Assembly (NCBI GenBank): GCA_963606965.1
Contig: CAVDAL010000120.1
Coordinates: forward strand, 6,751 to 70,750
Length of the DNA stretch: 64,000 nt
Reading direction: 5' to 3'
From: Acutalibacteraceae bacterium
Lineage (GTDB): Bacteria; Actinomycetota; Coriobacteriia; Coriobacteriales; QAMH01
Shown here: positions 1 to 8,707 of the stretch, one piece after another
How positions within the stretch are numbered: the first letter of the stretch is position 1
Layout of the letters: every line of letters starts with the position of its first letter
Made by a program: the position numbers and the translations under genes
Notes under the pieces: generated by a model
Told to the model about the DNA's origin: nothing
Databases searched by the model: none
Seen by the model: the letters and a program-made list of their open reading frames with translations, nothing else

Positions 1-89
1 CGCAAATGTCACAATGGGTACATATGATATTTATTTAGATAGCGAAGTTAAAGAAATGGATATATTGCGAACAAAGCGCAGCTAAAAAA

Positions 90-743
90 TTAAAGAAAAA
101 GCTCTTTAAGTTCTTGCGGCTTTTTGCAAACAAAGTCCGGATTTTCATTGCGTAAAATTTCTTCGCTAAACATTCCCCACAAAACAGCAATGCTAATGCA
201 TCCTGCTGCTTTACCTGCTTGAATGTCAAATGGACTGTCGCCAACATAAACGCATTCACTTGGCTTTAAGCCCAACTTTTCCACACCCATTAATACTGGG
301 TCAGGAGCAGGCTTATGCACTAAACAATCCGTTGCTCCAATAATAAATTCAAGATATTTATCATATCCAAACAAACCCAAAGTATGATTTGCAAGATTTG
401 AGATCTTTGAAGTAATGACGCCTTCTTTAAAGCCTGCGTCATATAAGCCTTTAATCACATCGGACATTCCGGGAAATTCTTTAACCATTTCATCGTTATG
501 GCTCACATTATGTTCCCTATAAACTCGGAGCATTTCTTTTTGCAATTCAATATCGTCTGAAAAAGAAGCAATTACAGTTTCAAGCGGTTTGCCATTTTCA
601 GCTAGATAAAATTCATCGCTAAAAGTTTTGCCCAAGACAACCTGAGTGCAATGTCGTGAAGAAGACAAAATCAAATCATTTGTATCCATGACTGTTCCGT
701 CTAAATCAAAAAAGACTGCTTTTATTCCATCAATATGTGCCAT
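90..743 (-). CDS. HAD-superfamily phosphatase (PpaX/Gph-like)
   Basis: HAD motif I (FFDLDGTVMD) lies near the N-terminus and a motif IV-like VGDSPFDIQAG near the C-terminus. I moved the start to the ATG at 743 (MAHIDGIK), because the 29-codon ORF-track extension to 830 overlaps the 3' end of the upstream gene. Confidence 0.85.
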   Translation of the reverse strand: MAHIDGIKAVFFDLDGTVMDTNDLILSSSRHCTQVVLGKTFSDEFYLAENGKPLETVIASFSDDIELQKEMLRVYREHNVSHNDEMVKEFPGMSDVIKGLYDAGFKEGVITSKISNLANHTLGLFGYDKYLEFIIGATDCLVHKPAPDPVLMGVEKLGLKPSECVYVGDSPFDIQAGKAAGCISIAVLWGMFSEEILRNENPDFVCKKPQELKELFL

Positions 744-759
744 GATTTTTAAACTTCCT

Positions 760-2547
760 CTAAAGATGTTTGCATAAATAAAGTTCAGTATCTTCAAAAC
801 CAAGTGAACGATAATAATTTCTTGTTCCAACAGAACTTATAACATTCAACTTTTTATATCCAGCATCGCGCGCAAGTTGACATGCCTTTTCAACAAGCTG
901 CTTTCCAAGACCAAGATGTTGTGTGCCAGAGTCTCCACTGCCAATGCCTGCAACTTTGCCATAAACATGGACTTCTCGAATCATTGCTTCATCAAAACTT
1001 ACTGGTGATTCGCTACCAAGAGATGACAAAAATTCTTTATCAGGAAAAGACAGGCGCAAAAATCCAATAATTTTGCCTTCAGCATTAAGCCACTGCAAAA
1101 AGAATTCTTTACTTGCACACGTTTCATATTCATAAACATTTAACGAAATATCATTTATGTCAAGTTTTGATAAGCTAATTTCTCTGTATCGGATTTCATC
1201 AACTTTACCACCGGCATTTGCAATATTATTTTCAACAAGCTGTCGCAAATTGCCCTTTTTATTGCCAACAACAATATCTCCTGCTGAAAAATCACGAATC
1301 ATGCGCGATATGCGCGTATATGGCTTTGTTTCAACAACATCGCAGCTCAAGACATCTAAAAGCTCTTCTTCAGTATAAGGTCGCCACTGCCCACTTTCAT
1401 AATATTTGCAAAGTTCAGTGCCGGAAATCAACGAACATGGATAGAGCTTAATTTCATCTGGCAAAAAGCGCTTGTCATTCACAAAATTATGGAAGTCTTG
1501 TTTATCTTCTTGCGGAGTCATTCCCAGCAAGTTAACCATAAAATGCGAATGGATTTTAAAGCCAAAAATACGCAGGAGTGAAAATGCCTGCTCAATGCGC
1601 TTTGCATTCAAGTTGCGATTGTTCATTTTCAAAATATCATTGCGCACACTTTGAATGCCAACTTGAATTTTTGTACAACCAAAAAGACGCAAGTTGCGCA
1701 AAGTCTTTGCTGTAATGCAATCTGGTCTTGTTTCAACAACAAGCCCAACAACTCTATGCTTTGCATCTTCATTTTGCTTATGTTGCGCAAACAAATCATC
1801 CATGCTTGCAGTCTGGAATTTTGCTGCCGTCTTCCAAGCATCATTTTCAAAATATAAAGAATTAATTGCTTCATTAAATGTCATTTCATGAGCATCAACA
1901 CTGCTTTGCGCGCTCGCACATTTTTCTTGCAAAATGTCGCGATTATATGTCAAACCACATTCTTCATAAAAAGCACGTCGCTCAGCAATCAAATCTTCAT
2001 TTCCACCAAAGTCATTAAGCGCTTTGAAAAGCTCGTGCATGAACCATGTTTGATATTCAAATGGATAATCTGTCCATGTACCGCCAAGAACAATCAGCTC
2101 GATTTTATCTGTTGTATGCCCCATTTCTGTCAAAGTTTTCAGACGCGCGCTTACCTGCAAATATGGATCAAAGAAGTTACGTTCTGCACGTTGACATGCA
2201 GGTTCGTCATGAAGATAACTCTTTGGCATGCGAACATCATTGGGGCAATATAAACAAGCGCTTGAACATGTCCATGGCTTTGTTATAACTGTAATTGTTG
2301 CAACGCCAGATGCAGTGCGAGTCGGCTTAACTTTAATTGCAGCTGCCAAGCGCTGCTCTTCTTCCTTCGAAAGATTGAATAAATCTTTGTGCTGTAAATA
2401 GAATGGCATCAAATGCTTTTTTGCAATATGCTTTGAATTATCAAAAACATTTTTGTTATGTTTATAAATAATTTGGGAAATTAACTTTTGATCCACCTGC
2501 GATGAAGTGGAAAGCAAATTGATTATTTCGCGAAGAATTGATTCCAT
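760..2547 (-). CDS. elp3: Elp3-family radical-SAM/GNAT enzyme (tRNA U34 carboxymethylation type)
   Basis: The 595-aa ORF contains KPTRTASGVATITVITKPWTCSSACLYCPN (Elp3-typical RTxSG stretch plus CxxxCxxC radical-SAM cluster) and FDPYLQV...KIELIVLGGTW. The C-terminus has a GNAT signature, QHLGLGKQLVEKACQLARDAGYKKL. Confidence 0.85.
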   Translation of the reverse strand: MESILREIINLLSTSSQVDQKLISQIIYKHNKNVFDNSKHIAKKHLMPFYLQHKDLFNLSKEEEQRLAAAIKVKPTRTASGVATITVITKPWTCSSACLYCPNDVRMPKSYLHDEPACQRAERNFFDPYLQVSARLKTLTEMGHTTDKIELIVLGGTWTDYPFEYQTWFMHELFKALNDFGGNEDLIAERRAFYEECGLTYNRDILQEKCASAQSSVDAHEMTFNEAINSLYFENDAWKTAAKFQTASMDDLFAQHKQNEDAKHRVVGLVVETRPDCITAKTLRNLRLFGCTKIQVGIQSVRNDILKMNNRNLNAKRIEQAFSLLRIFGFKIHSHFMVNLLGMTPQEDKQDFHNFVNDKRFLPDEIKLYPCSLISGTELCKYYESGQWRPYTEEELLDVLSCDVVETKPYTRISRMIRDFSAGDIVVGNKKGNLRQLVENNIANAGGKVDEIRYREISLSKLDINDISLNVYEYETCASKEFFLQWLNAEGKIIGFLRLSFPDKEFLSSLGSESPVSFDEAMIREVHVYGKVAGIGSGDSGTQHLGLGKQLVEKACQLARDAGYKKLNVISSVGTRNYYRSLGFEDTELYLCKHL

Positions 2548-2558
2548 GAGTGCAAAGA

Positions 2559-2581
2559 ATTATAACCTATGCATTTATAAT
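2559..2581. promoter_or_regulatory. Back-to-back -10 boxes for divergent elp3 and trm9-like genes (probably leaderless mRNAs)
   Basis: A TATAAT at 2576..2581 (+) lies 8 nt before the ATG at 2590. A second TATAAT, on the minus strand at 2559..2564, lies 11 nt before the elp3 ATG at 2547. Neither gene has a Shine-Dalgarno sequence. Confidence 0.4.
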
Positions 2582-2589
2582 CTTTAACT

Positions 2590-3351
2590 ATGGATAACGC
2601 AACAGTACATAAATTAAAGACGATGACATCGCAATTTTATGAATCATGCGCTGAATCGTTTTCTGCAACAAGGCAGGATGCATGGAATGGTTGGCATAAA
2701 GTTTGCGATTTGATTGCAGAAAGCACGAACGAAAATCTGCAGATAACAGATATCGCTTGCGGGAATTTCCGTTTTGAAAAGTTTATCCAAAATGAACTTG
2801 GCGCACGCAAAAATGTGAGTTTTAACTGCGTTGATAATTGTTTGCCTCTGAGCACAGACGCTCCAGCGAATGTTAATTTCAAAGAGTGCGACATCATAAG
2901 CGCCTTGGAAAATGGCACCTCATTTACAGAACTAAACTTTGTGCCAGCAGATTACCTTGTTTCTTTTGGATTTATGCATCATATTCCTTCTGAAAAGTTA
3001 AGACTTCGCTTTTTAGAATATGCTTTATCTTGCATAAAACCTGGCGGATATTTAATTATTTCATTTTGGCAATTTTTGAAAAACCCTTCTCTCGCGCGAA
3101 AAGCAAACGAAAAACGTGCTGCCGCTTTGCAAGTATATGAAATTGATAGTTCACAATTAGAAGATGGCGACTGTTTTTTAGGGTGGCAAGAAAGCACAAA
3201 ACTCTTCCGCTATTGCCATAACTTCACAGATGAAGAAGTCTATTCTTACATAAAGAAACTTCCGTCTAATATCAAACTGTTAACAAGTTTTAACGCAGAC
3301 GGTAAACAAGATGATTTAAACTTATATATCGTCATTCAAAAAGAGGAATAA
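2590..3351 (+). CDS. Class I SAM-dependent methyltransferase, Trm9/ALKBH8-MTase-like
   Basis: Motif I is ITDIACGNFRF. The flanking blocks are FYESCAESFSATRQDAWNGW, FGFMHHIPSEKLRL...IKPGGYLIISFWQF, DCFLGWQES..LFRYCHNFTDEEV and NLYIVIQKE. They occur in the same order as the Trm9 signature blocks as I remember them. The coding call is secure; the subfamily call is moderate. Confidence 0.6.
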   Translation: MDNATVHKLKTMTSQFYESCAESFSATRQDAWNGWHKVCDLIAESTNENLQITDIACGNFRFEKFIQNELGARKNVSFNCVDNCLPLSTDAPANVNFKECDIISALENGTSFTELNFVPADYLVSFGFMHHIPSEKLRLRFLEYALSCIKPGGYLIISFWQFLKNPSLARKANEKRAAALQVYEIDSSQLEDGDCFLGWQESTKLFRYCHNFTDEEVYSYIKKLPSNIKLLTSFNADGKQDDLNLYIVIQKEE

Positions 3352-3362
3352 CAGGAGGAATA

Positions 3363-4517
3363 ATGATTTATCGCAAATTTAAAGATAAAGAATTATCAGC
3401 AATGGGCATGGGTTTGATGCGTTTGCCAAAGATTGATAATGATGATTCAAAAATTGATGAAGAACATGCTCAAAAGATGGTCGATTATGCATATGAAAAT
3501 GGCATAAATTACTTCGATACAGCTTGGGGATATCATGCAGGAAATTCTGAAACATTCATTGGTAAAGCATTAAAGAAATATCCTCGCGATTCATTTTATC
3601 TTGCAAGCAAATATCCTGGATACTCTTTAAAAAACTTTGGTAAAACAGAAGAGATTTTTAATAAGCAGCTTGAAAAATGTCAAGTTGATTATTTCGATTT
3701 CTATCTGATTCATAATATTAATGAACAAAATATCGAGCACTATCTTGACGATGAAAAATATGGCACACTAAGTTATATTTGCGAACAAAGAGACGCTGGC
3801 AAAATCAAGCATCTTGGATTTTCTGTTCATGGCACATATGAAACAATGAAGCGCTTTTTGAAACGCTATGGTTCTGAACTCGAATTCTGCCAAATACAGC
3901 TTAATTATGTTGATTATGAATTCCAAGAAGCAAAAAAGAAAATTGAACTTTGCAAAGAATATGGTCTTGGCGTTTGGGTAATGGAACCTTTGCGCGGCGG
4001 GCAGCTTGCTACTTTAGCCGATGAAGACATGGCAATTTTGAAGGAACAACAACCAGATGATCCAGCTGTAAAGTGGGCATATCGTTGGCTGCAAAGCATT
4101 CCTGAAGTAAATATTGTTTTGAGCGGTTCTTCAAGCATTGAACAACTTACTGAAAACATTTCATATTTTAGTGAAGAAAATCCATTAAATGATGCTGAAA
4201 AAGATGCACTTAACAAAGTAGCAAAGAATATGATTGATCGTCATATTCTTCCTTGCACAGCTTGCAGATATTGCACAACTCACTGCCCTCTAGAATTAGA
4301 CATTCCACGCTTGCTTGCTTTATATAATGAATTTGTCTTTACAGATGGCGGCTTCATTGCTCCTATGAGCATATCTTCTTTACCGCAAGACAAACGACCA
4401 AGCGCATGCATTGCTTGCGGTTCTTGTAAAGAAGTTTGTCCTCAAAATATTGAAATTCCTGAAGCTTTGGCAGACTTTGCTGAACGTGTTGTTAAAAGTC
4501 CATTTTTTGAAGATTAA
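3363..4517 (+). CDS. Aldo/keto reductase fused to a C-terminal 4Fe-4S ferredoxin domain
   Basis: The N-terminus is AKR-like (GMGLMRLP, NYFDTAWGYHAGNSE). The C-terminus has two Cys clusters, CTACRYCTTHCP and CIACGSCKEVCP. The gene starts 11 nt after the trm9-like gene. Confidence 0.85.
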   Translation: MIYRKFKDKELSAMGMGLMRLPKIDNDDSKIDEEHAQKMVDYAYENGINYFDTAWGYHAGNSETFIGKALKKYPRDSFYLASKYPGYSLKNFGKTEEIFNKQLEKCQVDYFDFYLIHNINEQNIEHYLDDEKYGTLSYICEQRDAGKIKHLGFSVHGTYETMKRFLKRYGSELEFCQIQLNYVDYEFQEAKKKIELCKEYGLGVWVMEPLRGGQLATLADEDMAILKEQQPDDPAVKWAYRWLQSIPEVNIVLSGSSSIEQLTENISYFSEENPLNDAEKDALNKVAKNMIDRHILPCTACRYCTTHCPLELDIPRLLALYNEFVFTDGGFIAPMSISSLPQDKRPSACIACGSCKEVCPQNIEIPEALADFAERVVKSPFFED

Positions 4518-4539
4518 AACTTGTAAAAACATTTTTTCA

Positions 4540-4586
4540 ATAAACAAAGCGGCGTTGCAAATATTTGCAACGCCGCTCCTCTTTTG
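4540..4586. terminator. Bidirectional intrinsic terminator between convergent genes
   Basis: The hairpin AGCGGCGTTGCAAATATTTGCAACGCCGCT (4548..4577) is flanked by T-rich runs on both strands. Confidence 0.6.
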
Positions 4587-4604
4587 CAAAAACAAATGCA
4601 AATT

Positions 4605-6281
4605 TTAATTTGTAAGCTTCCTGTGCATGCGTCTTGGACGAGAATTTTCAGGCCCTAATCTTTCTTCTCTATTCTTTTGATATCCTTCAAAATTTCCTTC
4701 AAACCAATACCAATTAGCTGGATTTTCATCCGTGCCTTCCCATGCAAGAATATGAGTTGCAACTCTATCCAAAAACATTCTGTCATGGCTAATAACAACA
4801 GAACAGCCAGGAAATTCAAGCAATGCTGCTTCCAAGCTCGACAATGTTTCAACATCTAAGTCATTTGTTGGTTCATCCAAAAGCAATAAATTTCCGCCTT
4901 GTTGCAAAGTTAGAGCCAAATTAAGGCGATTGCGTTCTCCACCAGATAAAACGCCAGCCGGCTTTTGCTGGTCTTGACCCTTAAAACCAAAGCTAGCAAC
5001 ATATGCACGAGTAGGAATTTCAGTTTCACCAACTGTAACAAAATCCATGCCGTCAGAAACAGCTTCCCACACATTTTTGTTTGGATCTATTCCTGCACGA
5101 GTTTGGTCAACATAAGAAACTTTTACAGTTTCGCCAATTTTAAGCTCGCCACTATCTGGGCTTTCTTGACCAACAAGCATCTTGAACAAAGTAGTCTTTC
5201 CCACTCCATTTGGTCCAATAACACCAACAATTCCATTTCTTGGCAAGGTGAAAGACAAGCCATCAATCAAGACTCTATCGCCAAAGCTCTTCTTCAAATT
5301 TGAAACAGAAATAACTTCTGTTCCAAGGCGCGGACCTACTGGAATATGAATTTCACTAAAGTCAGTTTTCTGAAAACTTCTTGCTTGAGCTTCCATTTCT
5401 TCATAGCGCTCAAGGCGGGCTTTGCTTTTTGCTTGCCTTGCTTTAGGAGAACTGCGCACCCATTCAAGCTCTTGCTTCATTCGCTTTGCAAGCTTTGCTT
5501 CTTGCTTACCCTGTGCTTCTAAACGCGCAGCCTTTGTTTCAAGATAAGTCGAATAATTGCCCTTATATGGATATAAATGACCGCGGTCAACTTCGCAAAT
5601 CCATTCTGCAACATTATCCAAAAAATATCTATCATGCGTAACAGCCAAAACAGCACCCTGATAGTTCTTCAAGAAATGTTCTAGCCACAAAACAGATTCA
5701 GCATCCAAATGGTTTGTTGGTTCGTCCAACAATAACAAGTCAGGAGCTTCGAGCAAAAGCTTACATAAAGCAACGCGCCTGCGCTCGCCACCAGACAAAA
5801 CATTAACTGGCGCATCTGCATCAGGACATTGCAAAGCATCCATAGCTTGACTTAATTTGCTATCCAAATCCCAAGCATCAGCAGCATCAATTTCATCCTG
5901 AAGCTTGCCCATCTCTGTCATCAAAGCATCAAAATCGGCGTCTGGGTCTGCCATTTCTGCGCCAATTTCATTAAAACGCGTAACTTTTGCAATTAAGTCG
6001 CTAAATGCAGTTTCGATATTTTCCTTAACAGTTTTATCTTCATCTAGCGGCGGTTCTTGTTGCAAAATCCCAACAGTATATCCGGGAGTAAGCTTTGCTT
6101 CTCCATTTGAAACATCTTCAATTCCAGCCATGATTTTTAACAAAGTCGACTTGCCCATCCCATTAGGACCAACAACGCCAATCTTTGCTCCTGGATAAAA
6201 ACTTAGTGTCACATCATCAAGAATTACCTTGTTTCCATGAGCTTTGCGCGCTTGATACATTTGATAGATAAATTCAGCCAT
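4605..6281 (-). CDS. ettA: ABC-F translational throttle ATPase EttA
   Basis: The 558-aa ORF has two ABC cassettes (GPNGMGKST, GPNGVGKTT, LSGGERRRV, LSGGERNRL). The N-terminus, MAEFIYQMYQARKAHG, is typical of EttA. Confidence 0.9.
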   Translation of the reverse strand: MAEFIYQMYQARKAHGNKVILDDVTLSFYPGAKIGVVGPNGMGKSTLLKIMAGIEDVSNGEAKLTPGYTVGILQQEPPLDEDKTVKENIETAFSDLIAKVTRFNEIGAEMADPDADFDALMTEMGKLQDEIDAADAWDLDSKLSQAMDALQCPDADAPVNVLSGGERRRVALCKLLLEAPDLLLLDEPTNHLDAESVLWLEHFLKNYQGAVLAVTHDRYFLDNVAEWICEVDRGHLYPYKGNYSTYLETKAARLEAQGKQEAKLAKRMKQELEWVRSSPKARQAKSKARLERYEEMEAQARSFQKTDFSEIHIPVGPRLGTEVISVSNLKKSFGDRVLIDGLSFTLPRNGIVGVIGPNGVGKTTLFKMLVGQESPDSGELKIGETVKVSYVDQTRAGIDPNKNVWEAVSDGMDFVTVGETEIPTRAYVASFGFKGQDQQKPAGVLSGGERNRLNLALTLQQGGNLLLLDEPTNDLDVETLSSLEAALLEFPGCSVVISHDRMFLDRVATHILAWEGTDENPANWYWFEGNFEGYQKNREERLGPENSRPRRMHRKLTN

Positions 6282-6491
6282 TGCATTCCCTTTGTAAATT
6301 TATTTAACATTGATAACCTGCGTATTTTCTCATAGCTTTTAAAAAAAGAAAAAGGAATTTTCACTTAAAGCCTTCAAAAGCGCAAAGTTGTGCCATACTT
6401 AACACAACAAAAGTTGCACAAGGCAACAACCCATATTTCGAAGAATTTATACAGCCTTGTGCGGCGTAGAAATCTTGCGAGAAAGTTGGTG

Positions 6492-8552
6492 ATGGCAATG
6501 GCAGCTCCTACAACAGAAAATGTTCGTAATGTCGTCTTGGTGGGTCAAGACGGAGCGGGAAAGACTTCGCTTGCAGAAGCCCTTCTATATGTCTCTGGGA
6601 AGACCCCAAGAATGGGCACCACGCACGACGGAAAGTCTTATCTTGACTTCGATGAAGAAGAAATCAAACGCAGATTCACAATCTCAACTTCATTAGCACC
6701 AATCAATTATGAAAATTTTAAAATCAATTTGCTCGACACTTCAGGCCATCCAGACTTTATAGGCGATACACTTTATTGCATGTCAGCTGCAGAAATGGCT
6801 CTTTTTGTTGTTGATGCAGCAACAGGTCCACAAGTTATGACAACTCGGCTTTGGCGCGAAGCTGAAAAGATGCGTCTTTCTCGCGCTGTTTATATCAATC
6901 ACATCGACCGCGAAGATGCAAACTTTGATGTTTCTATGGCAGCCTTGCATGCGCGCTTTGGCTCAAGGCTTGGTGCTGTAAACATTCCTATGGGCGACGG
7001 CGCAGACTTTGCTGGTGTTATCGACATCATTAGCATGAAAGCTCGTTCACACAGATTGGACAAAGAAGAAGAATTCGACATTCCAGATGAATACAAAGAT
7101 GCAGCTGAAGCAGCACGTGAAAAGCTTTGTGACCTTGTTGCAGAAGCTGATGATGAATTGATGATGAAATATCTTGAAGGCGAACAGATCACTCAAGATG
7201 AACTTGAAAATTTGCTTGATAAAGCAATTGCACAAGAGCTCATTATTCCTGTCTTTGTTGGCTCGACAATCATTAAACAAGGCGTTGAAGGAATGATGCG
7301 CCATATAATTACATACTTCCCTACTCCTCAATCTCACGGCCGCTACACTATGGCAGATGGCGAATCTATCCGCGTTGATGAAAGCAAACGCCCTGCTGCA
7401 TTTGTTTTCAAGACTTTATCTGACCCATTTGTTGGACGCTTGAGCTTTGTAAAGATTATTGCTGGCACTCTTGAACCTGGCATGGAATTAATTAATTCTC
7501 GCACAGGTAAAAAGGAACGCCTTGGCTCAATCAATGTAATGATGGGTAAAGAGACAACGCCCGTAAAAAGCGCAAAAGCTGGCGACATTATTGTCATTCC
7601 AAAGTTGGCAGACACTCGCACTGGCGACACACTTTCACAAACAGGTGAAATTTCAATCAATCCAATTGATATTCCAATACCTCAATATCCTGTTGCTTTG
7701 GAAGCATCAGACAGAAATTCAGAAGATAAACTCGGCACTTTCCTCTCTAAGACAATTGAAAATGATCCAACATTAATTTTGCGAAATGATGAAGAAACTC
7801 ATCAGACAATCTTGACTTGCATGGGCGATGTTCAATTAGAACTTTTGCTGTCCCGCGCTCGTGAGCAGGCAAAAGTTGATGCTAAACAAGTTCCTGTTCG
7901 TATTCCTTATCGTGAAACTATTCGCAAACAAGCTGAAGCTCAAGGCCGCCATAAAAAACAGACTGGTGGTTCTGGGCAATTTGGCGACTGCTGGTTGCGC
8001 CTTACTCCAAACCCAGATGCTGGCTATGAATTTGTTGATGAAATCAAAGGTGGCGCAATTCCGGGTTCTTTGATTCCTGCTGTTAACAAAGGCGTTGTTG
8101 AAACAATGGCTGAAGGTTTTGTAGCAGGATATCCAATGGTTGATATCAAAGTTACTGTTTTTGATGGTAGCTATCATTCTGTCGATTCAAATGAAATGGC
8201 ATTTAAAACTGCTGCACGTATTGGCTTTAGAGCAGCATGCGATAAAGCTGACCCAGTAATTATGGAACCAATGGCTCGCATTGATGTAACAATTCCTGAA
8301 GAATATGCTGGAACAGTTATGGGCGACATTAGCACAAAACGCGGTCGCGTCATTGGCACTGATTCAAATGATGAAGGCGAAACTATTGTTTTAGCGCGAG
8401 TGCCTTATGCAGAAGTCATTGAATATACAAAAGATTTGCGCTCATTATCACGCGGGTCTGGTACATTTGTTATGCATTTAGATGGATATGAACAAGCACC
8501 AATGGATGTTCAAAAACGTCTTAAAGAAGAATATGAAGCTTCTAGATCATAA
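6492..8552 (+). CDS. Elongation factor G-like GTPase (EF-G paralog)
   Basis: G1 is GQDGAGKTS and G3 is DTSGHPDF. EF-G domains II-V are recognisable (RLSFVKIIAGTL, GQFGDCWLRL, DGSYHSVDSNEMAF). I placed the start at the ATG at 6492; the ORF-track GTG at 6390 adds 34 residues that look non-coding. Confidence 0.8.
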   Translation: MAMAAPTTENVRNVVLVGQDGAGKTSLAEALLYVSGKTPRMGTTHDGKSYLDFDEEEIKRRFTISTSLAPINYENFKINLLDTSGHPDFIGDTLYCMSAAEMALFVVDAATGPQVMTTRLWREAEKMRLSRAVYINHIDREDANFDVSMAALHARFGSRLGAVNIPMGDGADFAGVIDIISMKARSHRLDKEEEFDIPDEYKDAAEAAREKLCDLVAEADDELMMKYLEGEQITQDELENLLDKAIAQELIIPVFVGSTIIKQGVEGMMRHIITYFPTPQSHGRYTMADGESIRVDESKRPAAFVFKTLSDPFVGRLSFVKIIAGTLEPGMELINSRTGKKERLGSINVMMGKETTPVKSAKAGDIIVIPKLADTRTGDTLSQTGEISINPIDIPIPQYPVALEASDRNSEDKLGTFLSKTIENDPTLILRNDEETHQTILTCMGDVQLELLLSRAREQAKVDAKQVPVRIPYRETIRKQAEAQGRHKKQTGGSGQFGDCWLRLTPNPDAGYEFVDEIKGGAIPGSLIPAVNKGVVETMAEGFVAGYPMVDIKVTVFDGSYHSVDSNEMAFKTAARIGFRAACDKADPVIMEPMARIDVTIPEEYAGTVMGDISTKRGRVIGTDSNDEGETIVLARVPYAEVIEYTKDLRSLSRGSGTFVMHLDGYEQAPMDVQKRLKEEYEASRS

Positions 8553-8585
8553 AAGATAAGTCGTTAGCTTGTTTGAACAAGTTGC

Positions 8586-8620
8586 AAGGCGCTGGCTTTG
8601 AAGCCAGCGCCTTTCTTTTC
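8586..8620 (+). terminator. Intrinsic terminator after the EF-G paralog
   Basis: AAGGCGCTGGC-TTTGAA-GCCAGCGCCTT forms an 11-bp stem and is followed by TCTTTTC. Confidence 0.7.
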
Positions 8621-8635
8621 ACTATCTGTGCGTCA

Positions 8636-8670
8636 AGTAAACGAAATGCCGCGCCGAAGAAGGCGCGGCA
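8636..8670 (-). terminator. Intrinsic terminator after the nhaC-family gene
   Basis: On the minus strand the GC-rich hairpin TGCCGCGCC-TTCTTC-GGCGCGGCA is followed by TTTCGTTTAC, a weak U-tract. Confidence 0.5.
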
Positions 8671-8707
8671 TTATCGCAAATCAATTTTCTTTTAAAATAG
8701 AACTCGC

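Noticed and set aside
2-85. An open frame runs from the window edge to the TAA at 83..85 on the plus strand (...ANVTMGTYDIYLDSEVKEMDILRTKRS*). It could be the 3' end of a gene convergent with the HAD gene.
   Set aside because: Only 27 codons are visible and no motif is recognisable. I cannot distinguish it from a chance open frame, so I did not list it as a feature.
35-259. A 74-aa minus-strand ORF overlaps the 3' end of the HAD gene.
   Set aside because: It lies in an alternative frame of a well-supported CDS, has no motif, and its composition looks non-coding.
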